Positions 22,801-37,800 of a DNA stretch of 54,067 nucleotides are shown piece after piece; the first letter of the stretch is position 1; each line of letters opens with the position of its first letter. A program made the translations under genes and the position numbers. The stretch is from Girardia tigrina (lineage: Eukaryota): NCBI GenBank assembly GCA_001938485.1, contig MQRK01219438.1:1-54067 (forward strand), written 5' to 3'. Under the pieces are notes generated by a model. It saw only the letters and a list, made by a program, of their open reading frames with translations. It did no database searches and was not told where the DNA came from.

Positions 22801-25800
22801 TAATAATACATTCATATTCTAAAATAATTAATTCTATATGTTAATTGATCATCGAATAAATGTTAATGGTACTTCTATTACCGTAAATGTACGAAACGTC
22901 TCAGATGAAAGACGTACAGATACTTCGGATTCGATCGAAAATATTAATGCTACTTTTATCTCATCCAGTATTCCACGATATTTTAGCTTCACATGCGTGT
23001 TGTGTTCTGTGTCTGATCGAAACACGTCTTCTTTGTCGTGGTGATAAATCATAAAAATTATAGAAAGACATCCACAAGAAGCTTTGAATTCACATGCTCA
23101 GTACTGATGAGGAAAGCGATTAAGAAGTGATCCCAAATGTGGTTTTGACTTTTCAGCTGGATGATATAACGTATGACAGATACTCAACTGTCACTTTTCC
23201 CGTTGCACTAAGAGCGCTTATACAGTCAAAGCTTTACGAAATGACAATATACGGGATTATGATTAATAATTTTTAGAGGCAAACCGAACGTGCACTGAAG
23301 ACTTGCACTCTTACAACAAATGCCGTGTGAATGGATCAAAAGCTCTTGTATTTTGGAGGTTCCCAAGAGTCTATGATTCACTATTTTGTGCGCCAATGCT
23401 CAATATCGTCGTTTATTATGTATGTACAGTTATCGGTTACAGCGGTAGAGGCTTATAAGTAGTTTTTATCTTTGTATTTTTCTCTTGAAGGCTCTAAAGC
23501 CTTATTGTCATATTTAATTGTCGCTAAAAATAAAAGTTTGATTTTTAATGGTGTTTTCAACTATTTTTATATTTTAAAATTGTTTAAATATTTCATTAAA
23601 TATGGGCTTATGTTATAATTTCAGAGGCAAAGCCAGGGTATTTTGCGATTCGGGGCAAACTATAAAATTGAAGACCATTCTCTAAGTTTAATCACATTTT
23701 CTATTACATAAATTTTTTATACCTTTACAGTATACGGAAAAAAATTGAAATTTTAATGGAACATTATATTTATATAGTCCACAATAGATTTAGTCTTATT
23801 GACTTCACTGTCGCAAACTGGTCAATCACGTCATCAAAATTTGTTGATGCAATGTTTCTCTTTCACCGCTAAGAAAAGCAAGATTCCTGAGACGATAATG
23901 TTCCATTGATATACACAAATACGGCAAAATAAGCTTCAATTTACTGAACGACCACTCACAGCTTGCAATTGAAATTGCTATGATTAACAAATTTTGTTGT
24001 AAAATTAACAGATTCGGACATACGTAATCTCCATAAAACACCATAAAACCAAGAAGATTCAAAGGAGTGTCCGGTAGAGCTTCAGTTCGGTTACTGAGCA
24101 GCATTCTGCAGTCACTAATTTCGATGAAAATGACTTTGCCATTTGTAAAGAACACAAATTCTTCTAATAAAATATATTTAAATTAAATATTGATTGGGTA
24201 CAATAACCAATTAAACTTTGAAATCTTCCCCTTTTATATTAAGGCAATATTATATAATATGCCNNNNNNNNNNNNGATGCAATTGAAATTGACATTGCAA
24301 TTGCACATTCCGGTGATGTCATGACATATGAAATCACCGGAATTTGAACTCTAGTGATGTCATGAGATTTTACATCATTGGAGTTCAATATTACTGAATG
24401 TGGTGAGGAATGACATCACCACACCATTGATGTCCGTGTCGTAAAAATTCGCAGTCTGCTTTATTTCGACAAATTGCATCCTTATCTGTGTCAGATAAGA
24501 GTCTTAACGTTCACCAAAAATCCAAATTTATTGTTCAGGTCTTTTAGTCAAGAACAACGTGTTGAAATTTCATTTTGAAGCCGATCAAATACATTCTGCA
24601 TAACGCGTACGATTTCTTCATCTGATGAAAGTCCTACATTTCTTGCCAGCTCTCCAGGCATTCTGTTGCGTGGCCTGATTCTTCTGTCCACCTAAATCCC
24701 ACAGGTTTTGTACAGAACAAATTGAAATTTTTTATACGTGACAAATTGAAGATAAAGAAAAAAATAAAAGATCCAATATAAGTTACAGCTTCCTTGAAAT
24801 TCATTGAAGGATGCTGTGAACGCTTCTGTGCCTAAGAACGACATTTCCCAATTGTAATAAAACTATGATATTAAAATTCAATATGCAGGACTGTAACTGT
24901 TGTGCACCACTTCTAGTTTCAGGTTTCATAGTTGGGTCCTCCGATAATTTTTCTTAGAAATCTTACTAGTTTATTCAGTCCTTCATGGATATGCTTTAAC
25001 AGCTTCTGATCGTGCACTCCAGTGTGTTTCAGACTCTCGTTTTACTGTTATCGGAAGAGTTCTGTTAACTATTCCAAACAAATATTCATTATTGTTAAAT
25101 GAGATAAAAATGAATATATATTTCCAAGAATCGTAAAAAAATTTGACAACTGATTTGCTTAGCTAAGTGTACTTCTGCTAAATTTAAGCTGTGGTTAACA
25201 TAGTAGCAAGCAGTGCTCTGTGATGTCTTTCACATATTCGTTGTTAAAGGCCAGATATATGCCAGATCATCATATTAGTATTGTCAAAATTGCACTTGAC
25301 AGTCAGCTAGTACATCACGTTAGATTTCAGTCTCTTGATGATGAATTTCTCTAGGCTTACTGTATCTTTTGAATGTATCTCGATTAATCCTAAAAATGAC
25401 TCTTCGATAGTTACTTTTTACTGTGAAAATCCACATCCAAAAATCTTATGACATGAGAAAGTTGTTCACGATGTCCTAAATCTTAAGTTTAGTAAAGTAA
25501 AGTTGCGTAGTATTTGCTTATTTGATAACCACCGTCTTCTGATTCTGAAGAACTAACAATATACTTGATTTTTTGGATCCTATTTTGGCTTTCTTTTTTC
25601 TTTTGAGCTCCACTTCTTTTTCTTCCTGACAAGAGCGACAAAAATCAAAAATATTTTATAATCTCTAAGTACACTGAAGTGAATACAAAACTATAGAACA
25701 GATGCTACTGCAATAAATATTTAATAATTATTATTTAAAATATCCATACAACCAAAGCTTTTCTGTATAAATTATAAATAAATCTCTTGTTTGCAACGGC

Positions 25801-28800
25801 ACGTGCCAGGAAATTTGAAATATTTGGGATCCGGTTTACGTCATTTTATACTAAGAAAAATTACAGATAAATCTTGTTAGTGCGATACCGTTAGTTCTGT
25901 TTTCATGTATGGCAAGTGATGTGTATTGTGAGCTGATGGGAGACACTAGCCGTAGTGCAACTGTGTTACACTGAGCGCCAATGGAAGTTACATTTCTCGT
26001 CTTTGAATGCTCTTTGTTTGCACTTGAACAAGTACAACTAGTCTTTGGTACAATTAGCTAAATGAAAAATAATACTTTATAACACAACATGCAGCCTAAT
26101 CTACCTTAATAGAGTTTAAGCCGTCTCACCATCTTTGTTTACTGTCACAAGAAAGTCAATAATAACAAGTTTTAGTGTAGTATTTCATGTCTATTTTTAT
26201 TCAACACGTTTAGATGAAATCAGCTGCACGCAGCACCAGTCTGTGTGAGGCAGACGCATCAGATGACATCTACCACTGCCGTTGCTGCGATCTTGTTCGT
26301 GACCAGTTTTTACTCTTCTTGAGAAAATTTTGTAAGTCCCATTTTGGCATCAAAGGACATATGTATCCAACCGTCCAACCCTAACTACACATCTGTATTT
26401 AATTATTCTTTTAAAATAGACTAAAATTTAATATATATAAATTTCGTGTTATATGTAAAGTAAATCGTGTTTATTATTAGAAACAACAGAAAGTTTTCTT
26501 GCAGTGAGTTATGATTATTAATTTGTTTAAGTATTATAAAAAAATTGTAAAAATTAAATAAATTCTACTTGTTGATATTATGAATCCTGAAGTGAAACCT
26601 GGAGATTTAATTGGCAACCACGCTGGTGTTACAATAAAAGTTTTGAGGCTTCCTAAACTAGAACTGCCATCAATCTTTAAGGAAACCCTCGAGAAGAAAA
26701 TGAAGGAGTACAATGGAGTGGATTCTGAAGAAGGTCAAATATAGTATAGAGACATATGCCAATGCTCAGAATTTTTTGGGCTAACATTTTCGGAAATGTG
26801 TAACTATTTGCTGATAGACGAAGCGAAAATTATTTGGGGGAATGCAACAGAAGAGGGTAAGAAACCAATGTCAGATGTGGAATCCAAAAACTGGTTCCTG
26901 AAAACATTTATAAAGAAAGTACCGCTGTTAGAAGAATTGGACAAACTAAGCAAAATTTGTCAAAATGAGAATGAAAGATTCTTAACATTCGAATTAAGGG
27001 TTCGGAAAACAATTGAAAAGTTTAGGAAACACAACGATGAAGAAATTTTGAAAAAACTTTTGAAAAAGCGGATAAAATCTCAACTTCTGAAGGATCGATT
27101 TGTTTTCAAACCTAACATATCGGTGGACGAAATGAGAGCGGAAGCTAAGATTTATGAGGGCAACATATCAAAAGAAGAAAGAAATGATGTTTTAGCCGTC
27201 AAAACATTGTATGTAGAAATGGCAAAGAAAGACAAACATCAAGTTAGAGGATATGAGAATCCTGAACATAGAAGAAATACAGCTCGATTGAATGAAACAA
27301 ACGATAGACAACCAATATTAAGAACGGAACGTAGAATACCATCGGAAAGATTTAATAAAAGTAATGAGAAAGGATCCAGTAGAATATCAAAAGATAAACA
27401 ACATTATAATCGCCCGGTGCATTCGGCTTGGTACGAAGCGAGAAAGTTATATTGCAAAATAGAGACTTCCGACTCCAGAAGAGGAGCATATAACCAGAGG
27501 GTATTGTTATTACTGCGAAAAACATGGGCATTTGAGGAAAGATTGTCCTTTAAATAATCGTTGTTTAATCTATGGAAAAAGTGGACACGGGTTCAGAAAC
27601 TGTAATCATATTAAGAATGCTAATGTAGTGTACATCAAAATTGTGAACAATGAAGAAAACGTGGATATGATATCATATAAAGATGAATATGAAGATGATT
27701 TAAATGCCAGAGACTCTATGGTGAGCATTTCGTCTGTGGAGTCGGCATAAAATATCCAAAAAAATCAAATTGCAGAGATAGTAGATGTAGGGGTCTAAGA
27801 TGTAGTAGGGGTCAGTTGGTAGATGGCGGAGCGATGTTAAACTGAACAATCACAATGTATTAACGTTGTGGGATAGTGGAGCAGGTGTTTCAGTTATTAG
27901 TGAGAAGGTTTGGTTGGAAATCGGACAACCCAGATTATAAAAGAGTCCAATTATACTAAATGGAGAGTTTTCAGAATGCTATAAGTGTTTGGGAAAAATG
28001 ACAGCATCGTTCGGATCGATAGGAGCAGTTTTAAGTCAGATATCAGAAGAGAAAGTAGAAGTAATCGCATATGCATCGAGGACTTTAACCACACATGAAA
28101 AAGGGTACTGTGTGACAAAAAAGGAACTATTAGCTTTACAAGATTTCATGTTACATTTCAAGCAATATTTATATGGCAAGCGAGTTACAGCAAGAACTGA
28201 TCATAAAGCACTGGTGTATATGAAGAGTATGCCCAAAGCAATAAGTCCTCAATTCCAGACATGGTTAGCAAACATGGCGGATTTGGACTTTGATTTGAAG
28301 TACAGAAAAAGTGACGAACATGGAAATGCAGATGGATTATCACGGCTATATGACGACGTCTGTGCACAATGTGAAACAAAACACGAAGAACCAAAATCAA
28401 CAAAAGCAAGGGTGAAACACATCAATACAGTGGTGATTCAGTCTACAATTCAATGGATAAAAGACGAAGAAGAAAAGTTCTCAGAGTTGAACCAGTTGAA
28501 GGAGATGGCAGAGGGTGAAAAGAATGAAATCACCAAGGAGTTATTACAACTAAAGTACCAATTAGTTTATCAGAATGGGTTATGAGGTAGACAAGAAGAA
28601 AATGGTGTGTTACCATTGGTTTCGAAGCAAATTAGAAGATATTTCATCAGGAAAATACACAGAGATTTATGTCATGTAGATATCAAAAAGACAGAAGTAT
28701 ATCCAAAATAATTTTATGTTACCAGATTTAGCGAAAGAGGTGCAACTCGTTATAGGAGAATGTCAGGAATGTATACGCAGAAAAATTCCAAGTGAAAAAA

Positions 28801-31800
28801 CAAAGGAGAAGTTGATTCCAATATGAAGTGACGAGTTTTTAGAGCAAGTCGTGATAAGAATAGCATGTACCCATATCTATTGGTCATGGTGAACCAGTTT
28901 TCGAAATTGGTCTCTTTGACAGAGATTAGAACTCAAAACGAAGACACCATAGTTCAATGCGTCTTGTAAAATGGATAAATAGATATGGGAAGCCAAAAAC
29001 AATATTAACAGACAATGTTAAATGTTTTACTTGCGGAAAATTTAAAGATTTTAGCAGGAAATATGAAATCGAACAAAGATTTAGTAGCCCATTTCAACAT
29101 CAATCAAACGGGTTGACAGAAAGAACTATTCGAACAGTGAGAGATATGATAGTAACAAACAAAGGAGACACAGACAAACGATCATGGTGGAAAATTGTTC
29201 CGAAGATAGAATTCTGTCTAAATGGAACAGTTCAGAGTACGACCGGATCTTAACCCTTCTAAGTTGTGATTGGTAGAAAAATAAACTTACATGCGGCAGC
29301 AGGAATAGCCTAAATGGAAGAAAGCAACGTGATCAAGATGAAGGTAAGAGAAAATTTAGAGAAAGCGGCAAGACGAATGGAAAATTGGGAGAGAGAGAAG
29401 AGAACAAATCGACATTTCGTGGATAGTCAGAAAGTTTTTGTAAAACAAGATCCTACAAAACTGAGAAAGGACACTTTCCAATTCGATGGAATGTACCAAA
29501 TTTTAAGACATATCGCCACACCAATTGGAACTACAGTATCTGAAAGATGGAAACATAATTCGTCGAAGAATTGAGTTGATTAAGAAAGTAAATAACGAAT
29601 TATAAAAAAGGGGCAATTTGTTATTATTAATTTATTTAAGTATTCTAAAAAGATTGTAAACATTAAATAAATTCTACTTGTTGATATTATGAATTCTGAA
29701 GTGAAACCTGAAAATTTAACTCAGTGATTCATAATTTTCCGTGTCCGAAACTTTTAAACGGAGCAACCTATAATTGAAGGACATTCGTTAGACAAAGAGT
29801 TTGAACTTAGGTGTAACTTATAACTAATAAGAAAATATAATGTTGTTTCTAATAATAAATACAATTATACACGCTACCAAGAAGGCTTTGAAGAAATACA
29901 GTCAGAAACACAACTCAGCACTTTCATTCGACCATCGAGGCCAAAACTGAACTTCTTAACAATTATATAATGTTCTTTATTTTGAAAAGACAAATATAAA
30001 AAAATATAAATATAAAGACTTGATATAAAAGTTCTCAACATACACTCCAAAGGTTTGTCTACCGAATGTGAAACAATGGGTCGTTCACTACGCAGTCTTT
30101 GCTTCAAGCACTCCCCTGATTTTATGAGCTGTGGGTTTGTGAATCATGCCATATAACCCCACTATTAATTCACAAATCTACCATACCATCTTCTGTTTAA
30201 GAGAAATGTCAAATTGCAATATAATAGCACAACTGTAATCATTTTCATTATTCTAGAGCAATAAAATCTTGTCTATCAGAACATGGTATTCAACTTCTGA
30301 ATTACTGCCTCGGAAACTTACGTAGTATGAATTTCATAGAACACTACTGACCCATGATGAAGAATAATGTGTTTCAGTACATCCTACCTCTCACGCTGAC
30401 CTCATTTAAAAAGTGTGTAATGTATGTGAAGAGAAAATATAAAAATTCCTTTTAAATATAACTTATTTCTATCCTTTTACAGATTATTCAAATTAAGAAA
30501 ATAATAAATTAAGAAAAAAATTAAAATGTTGATATTTATTTCTCACAAACTCCAGATGAATGAAATGAAAAAGCTTCCTCCTTTTTGTTACATATTCTGT
30601 CATTTTAAGAATAACTTATAATTTTTTTTATTTAAATTTAATACATTTTGAAAGAAATTTACTCCATTACCTGATTACGAATTATTAACAATTTGACGGT
30701 CAAAGGTTTTTAATTGATTTATTGAAGAAACCTACTATCTACCGTAGATATTTTATATCTAGCTTTGTTACAAATTATAAATGATCCAGAGATATATATA
30801 AGGGATAACTGCTGGATCAACAAAATTTTATAAGTACAACAAAAGTTGATAAGTGTTGTTTAACTGAAATTACACATATATTACTGATAACGGTTGGATT
30901 AACGAAGTCTCATAAGTGCAAAACAAGGTTAAAACTGTTGACCGTCAAAATGTTAGATATTCAAACTGAATGCAAAAAAATGTACAATTGTGTATTATTG
31001 TGTTTTAATAAATTGTATCATTAAAATTTATTATAATTTATACAGAGAAAATCTTACCCATATATAAACTATACAGCATAAACTGATCCCGGAATCTGTC
31101 GTATGAATCACTAATCGGCCTAATTAAGAATTGTTAAATAATTTTCACAAAATTCATTAAAATATTTAAAATAATTTGTTAGATAATAGACTTTCTGACG
31201 GATCATTATAACTATATAATTTTACAAATATACAAAATTTATTAATAAAATATGATATATTCTATACTAAATTGAAAAGATAATTAATGTTTTTTCGAAT
31301 ATTTATTAATAATATCTGTATTGTAATAATAAAAATATTTAAACATTATTAACACAATGACTTGGAGCGTCATGTCTGTTAACAACCATATGTTAATCGG
31401 AAATCTCATTTGGCATTTTATAAAAATATAAAGCCTTTTTTTATAATTAAAAAAATAAATTACTTTTTATAAAAATAGATACTTTTTGACATATTTTTTT
31501 ATTTTAACTTGCTTTTAACTATTGTCAGAAATCGCGTGAAAATTAAAAATATTGTTTTGTAATAAATTTTGGTTATATAGAAGTTTTATATTATCTAATA
31601 ATTATAATATCTAAAAATATCAAAATAAATCTTATATTAAATATCAAAATATTATACATTTTAAAATGGAATAGTTAAAAATATATATGAATCATATTTT
31701 TAAAAATAAGATTTAACGTTTAATTATAAAATTTAAAAAATAAGAAAGCGTGAAAATTAATTTTTATACACAATCTATTTTTAATTAAAATTTATATTGA

Positions 31801-34800
31801 TATTTATATTTAGCAATTTTTACTCCTGGTTTGTGCAAAAATAGGAAAACATCGGTTCCTTAAAAAATTATTTGAAAAATAGTTAATTGTTATATTAATA
31901 AATATTTGTGTCATGAACTCTATCGTTTATCACGAACTCAACAGAGGTTGTTAATAGTTAATTTTTAAACAGTAAATCTCAGTTTAAAATAAATTTTATG
32001 AAACAAAATAAAATCTAAATTATGATTTAAACAGTTTTGTAGAGGAGATGCGAGTATATTTATTCCAGTAATATAAAAATCTTGATTTGAGTATTCATTA
32101 AAAAATCAAATTGGATGTCGTAAATGTTCACCTTTAAACTCTGTCTCCGTTGCATTTTCTGGAACGATATAGTTTCCGAGTTCCTGTTATCGTGTTCTGA
32201 TTTCACAGATTTGGTGACTTCTTTAAAAACTTAACAATTTCCAGATCATGTCAAGCAGTTTCTTCCTTCCGTAATCTTTTATTGTTCTTATCATTTTAAT
32301 ATACTAGTTGAGATTAATATGATTTAGTAACTCATTATTTTCTTTAATACAAATTCATGCGAAATTAATTTAATTCTTCTTGTCGACTATACTTTTGACT
32401 ACATCATTATTGTAAATAGACGATAAGCTACTATTACATGAACGGGAGAATTACTTACTGTATTGCACTCAGTAAATCTTCAGCAATCAGGCCGTGACAG
32501 ATTGAGTCATCGGTGTCGCGATCGTCTTTTCGAGCTTTTCCAACCTTTATTAGAGTAACTTCTTTACCTTTTCTATCTCTTCTTTCGATGTTGGTTTCCA
32601 TATATTTTAGCCGGTGTTACACATAACTTATTCGGTGGATGGCTCTTAACTACGCTGCTATAAAACGGTTAGGTGGATGAACGGTATTCTTTTATAAATT
32701 CCGCTTTTATACTCTTATTTTCTTCATCACATTATTTTTGGGATTGTATCCATTTTCTAATTTGTTTCTTTTATATCTCTTGTCTTTTGTCGTACATTTT
32801 AACTTCTCTATGGATATCTTCATCGCCAAGACAATGTAATAAGATTTATTTCACCAGTATCCATCTTTTATTTAACGCCAATTATACTTTGGCGTTTTAT
32901 ATATATATATACCATTTTTTTTATAATTTTGAATAAATTTTTGGTCATTTTTGTCGAAAAAATTTTATTTAGAAGTGTAATTTTTTATTGTTTTTGTTGC
33001 GACAAAATTTTGAACGAAACTAAATTCACATTTTCACAGATTTCTATTCAGATTATGATTTTGATTGTTACGAATTTCTGACTTAATTACGATTTAATTG
33101 TGAACGAAATCTGAATTAGTTTTATGGACGAACAATATAATTTTGAAAATGAATTATTTCTTAAATCTGATTTATTTGCAATAGCAAAAGATGATTTATT
33201 TATAAAAACGAAGTTGATTTTTTCACGATTATTATGAATCTTCATTTTGCTTAAAAGAATTATTTTTCTGACGAATTTGACAATTATAAAGCAATCTGAA
33301 TTATTGTAGATGTAAAAATAAAATAATAAGTCAATAAACAACCCTTTATATCACAAATGGGTCTAGCACAAAACACCCTCACTTTCCTAACACTGGTCAG
33401 TCTCTAGGACAACCTGGAAACTGCACCGTAAAACTATGTATTTTAACTATCCTTAGTTGCAGCTTGAATTGAACATCGGTTTTATCCAGACCAGTGGATA
33501 GTCTCAATATTCTGTTCCTTTACATTTTACATCAACATTTCTTCTAACTACAGTCTCTTTACATCTGTAGCTCTTATAATTGTTTATCACCCAAGTCGGT
33601 GGTTCTTTATTTTCTGCTGGTGTATTATTGTACCGACATACAGCTTCTTTTGCCGTTATTTTTGATCGCACTGCGATTCTCTTAATTGTTGGGTGGTTTC
33701 TTTCTACAATTACTTTACCGCTTGGTCGGTGAAGTGGGAGTTTCCGTGGCGGTTCCCATTTGCAAAAAACAAGGAAAACGTCAGAATCGGATACAAAATT
33801 TATTGATCACAAAATAAATTTTTCGGCAGTTCGCTCACGGTTAAAAAATGTCTATATTGGTTTTGAATTTGTGACACTCGAATTATCTCCGTTGAAACAT
33901 AAAAACAATTGTTTTCGTTTTTTTATTTACATATTTAATTTCAGGTGGAAAAATTCTTGGGTCGATTGATCCCGATATTCTTTGTGAAAAAAAACTTCTG
34001 GGAATTTTAATTTTGTAATTATTAAATAGTTTTGCGACAACAAAAAAATAAAAGAAATTTAAATTACATTTAAATAATATTTAAATTTGTGAAAATTTTA
34101 GCTTGGTTTGATTTTTTGTTGGAAATGTTCACTACATAAGCCCCCCGTGAGAAGTCGGAGACGGTTGAAAGCGCAGCTTTGATTATATGGGTACCGGATG
34201 TGGGGAGTCGGACATTCGCTCCCATGGTGAGAATGATACAGACGCTTTCTGGTTAAGGGAATGGACTTTCGGCATGTCGACGGGACCATCTTCAATGTGT
34301 ATACATGGCTTCAATTTGCAAATGTTGACGATGCGGTGGGTGCCATTGAAATCGATGGTTGCAGTGTTGTTTTGTGCATCGAAATGAAGCGTATGGTAGG
34401 GACTGGTGTATCAGGTTTGCAGTGAGTTAGGGTGCTCCCAAATTAACCAAACGAACTGCGCGTTCAGTAAGTCTTTGGGTATGTGTACCTTATAAGTGTC
34501 CTGTGGTGATGGCGCAGTATCCAGATTTTTGAAGTGGCGTTGTTGCTGGGGCAGTCACTGAAAGAGTTCATTCACGAGTGACATGTTTGACCCGAATAAC
34601 ATTTGGGCTGGCGAGGAGCCATGGCGACTGGTGGGGATATTTCGCCAACCCAGTAGAATTGGGGGCAGTTGATTGACCCAGTCTTTGTTGGCTGATATCG
34701 TCCTCAAGGAGTTCTTGAGTGTGCGGTGAAACCTTTCGACGAGCCCATTAGATTGTGGATGACACGCTGTTGTTTTCAGACGTTGTGTTCCCAATCTTTT

Positions 34801-37800
34801 GAGGAGACTGGTGAATAATTTGGATTCGAATTGGCGAACCTGGTCCGTGATGAGGCGTTTGGGGACCCCAAATCGTGATACTCAATTATTGACGAAGATG
34901 TCGACGATTGACTCCGTGGTGATGTTCCTCATCGGAAACGCTTCAGGCCAGCGTGTGTTCCGGTCAATGATGTTGAGCAGATATGAGTAACCGTTGCATG
35001 GTGGTAGTGGACCAACAATGTCCATGTGAACGGTGTCGAAACGGCTACCAGTCGGGAAGCTGAGAATGGGCGGTTTCGTGTGTCTTGTTGTCTTGCTGGC
35101 TTGACATTGTAGGCAAATTTTGCACCATAACTTAACGTCCCGATGCATGTGTGGCCAGATAACCTTGGTGCGCAAAAGTTCATATGTCGCTTTGGAACCC
35201 GGGTGTGCCATTTGGTGAACAGCCTTGAAGGTCTCTTGACGGAGGGCGGGACCCAATATTGGACATATGCACCCAACGATGGAAGTGTCGAAATAGACGC
35301 GACCGCGTACTGTTGGCCGTTCCTTGAAGATAGCTAGGTCCTTGTCCGAAGGGGGGTTCTGTTCTAAGATCTCTTGAGTGAACAGAGGTTCAAACCAGAG
35401 GCTGTCAGTTCGATTCGTGAGAATCAATCGACTACGACATTGTCGGCACCTGTGATGAATTTGATATTGAAATCGAATTGCGAGAGATAACTGATCTGCC
35501 GCTGTTGGCGTGGTGAGGGATTCTTCATATGAAATATCTGCAGGAGCGGTTTGTGATCGGTGAGTACAGTCGATGATCTACCTATGAGGAGGTGTTCGAA
35601 ATGTTTCACTGAAAAGAATAGACCCAATAGCTCTCTATCAAATGTGAAGTATCTGGTCTGAACCGGTGAAAACTTCTGGGAGTAGAATTCCAGTGGCTCC
35701 GGTGTGTCCCCTCGTGTCTGTGTCAAAACCGCTCCGACTGCGATGTTCGATGCGTCGGTCGTGAACATTATTGGCAATGATCCATTTGGGTATCGAAGTG
35801 ATGTGGTGTGTAAAATGTCCAGTTTTATTTGCTGAAACGCTTTGATTGCTTCATCAGACCATGACAGAGATTGCTTCTTTGGGCTAGAGGACATGTTAGT
35901 GAGTGGAGCCAGTGTCGCAGAGATGTGCGGAATGAATCTACGACAATAATTTACCAATCCTAGGAAACTGCGCATGGACGTGACAGTTTCCGGTCGCGGG
36001 AAATCGGTTATGGCCTTAATTCGATCTGGTAGTGGATGAATTCCATCTGGTGACAAGACGTGCCCCAGGAAAGTGACATGCGTCTGGAAAAACTTGCATT
36101 TCTGCAGTTTAAGTTTCAGTTTGTGATTGTTAAGTCTGGAAAGTGTCTCGAAAAAATGGTTTTGGTGTGTGGTTGTGTCTGGTGATGCCACAACAATATC
36201 ATCAACGTATGCTACTGTGTGCGGTAGCCCTTGAAGCACAATGTCAATATGGCGCTGGAACGTCTGCGAGGCGTTACGCAGGCCAAATGGCATTCGAAGA
36301 TATTCGAAGAGGCCAAATGGTGTAATTACGGCTGTTTTGGAATGGATTCTTTATCTACTGGGATTTGGTGGTAGGCCTTGGCCAAATCCAATGATGAGAA
36401 GATGCTACAGCCGGAAAAATGTTGCAAGATGTCACTGATTAGTGGCATCGGGTATGAATCTGGAGTTGTTACCTTGTTCAACCCTCTGTAATCGCCACAA
36501 ATGCGTATGGAACCGTCTTTCTTGTGAACGATCTGTAGTGGTGCTGCCAAAGGGGAGCTGGAACGTCGTACGATTCCTGAAGCTTCGAGTTCAGAGAATT
36601 CTTTCTCGGCCAGAAGTCGCCGTTCTTGAGATAATTCGCGGCGACGCTGTCGTACGGGTGCGCATGGTACGGTGACTATCACATGGTTTGAGATACATTC
36701 GGCCGTACGTCCACTTATGTTGGAGTTGTCAACTGTGTTGGGGAAGGTCCTTTCAATGAACTGTGTAGGGTCGAACAGCATGGTACATACTTGTATGGCA
36801 GGTGCTGTGCTAAGCCCTGTTTCTGATTGTTAAGGTGGAAGTAATTTACGGTTCCTGCAATCAACGAGTGGACCAAAGTTATCGAAGAAATCCGCCCCGA
36901 GTATTGGTTGCGTGACATCGGCGACCGTGAACGTCAATTGAAAAGATTGACCCAGTGAGATGAGGTCGAATGACAGACAGACTGTTCCATACGTGTGGAC
37001 GATTGATCCGTTTGCAGCAGTTAGACGAGAGACTGAGCGTTGAGTCTGTGAATAGAAACTTTTGGGCAGGACAGAGATGGCGGAGCCCGTGTCGATTAAG
37101 AAAGTCATTTTGTTGGCAGAAGGACCAACGACGGTGGCATCGCAGACAAAGATACCGCAGCATTTGTACTCGCCTTCTGTGTCGACTGCGAAGACCGAAG
37201 GCGAACTTAGTTTTTTGAATTTTCATTTTCAAAATTATGCAATCATAATTGTCATTATTGGTCATGATAATAATAAGGTACAATACCAGGTAAATTAATT
37301 AATTAGCTTCGAGATGAATAAAATATAAATAAATGAACATCTGTTATTGTATTTATATCTATTTCCTTGTAAAAGTAAGAAATTTTATATGCACATGCAA
37401 ATGTGAAACATTTAAGCAAAGTTTCTGTAAAAACTTTAAATGTGGGGGTGACTATTAATTTGTCCCCTACTATGTATCCATGGAATTTAGAAACCTATTT
37501 TTGAAGGCCTTTTACTCAATCAATTTTCTTCAAACTTTGCACACTTATTCATTCTCGATGACAATAAATGATTATGTAAAAATTTGATCGAAAAAAACTT
37601 GTTAAGGTCCCAAAATGGGAAAAACGAATAATTTGCGGTTCCAGAACAATATTAATTGAAAAATATTTATTTATAAATTATAAGCAGTTTATATTAACTA
37701 TTATAGTATTTTTTTAAATTATTTTTTGAATTAAAACTTTGGTGGCAAAGTAGAGTTCTTTCTGCATAAAGAATGGATACAAATAATTTAATTTTTTGAT

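Noticed and set aside
22880-23120. CGAAACGTC and CTGATGAG hammerhead-like words
   Set aside because: Wrong order and spacing, and no supporting stems.
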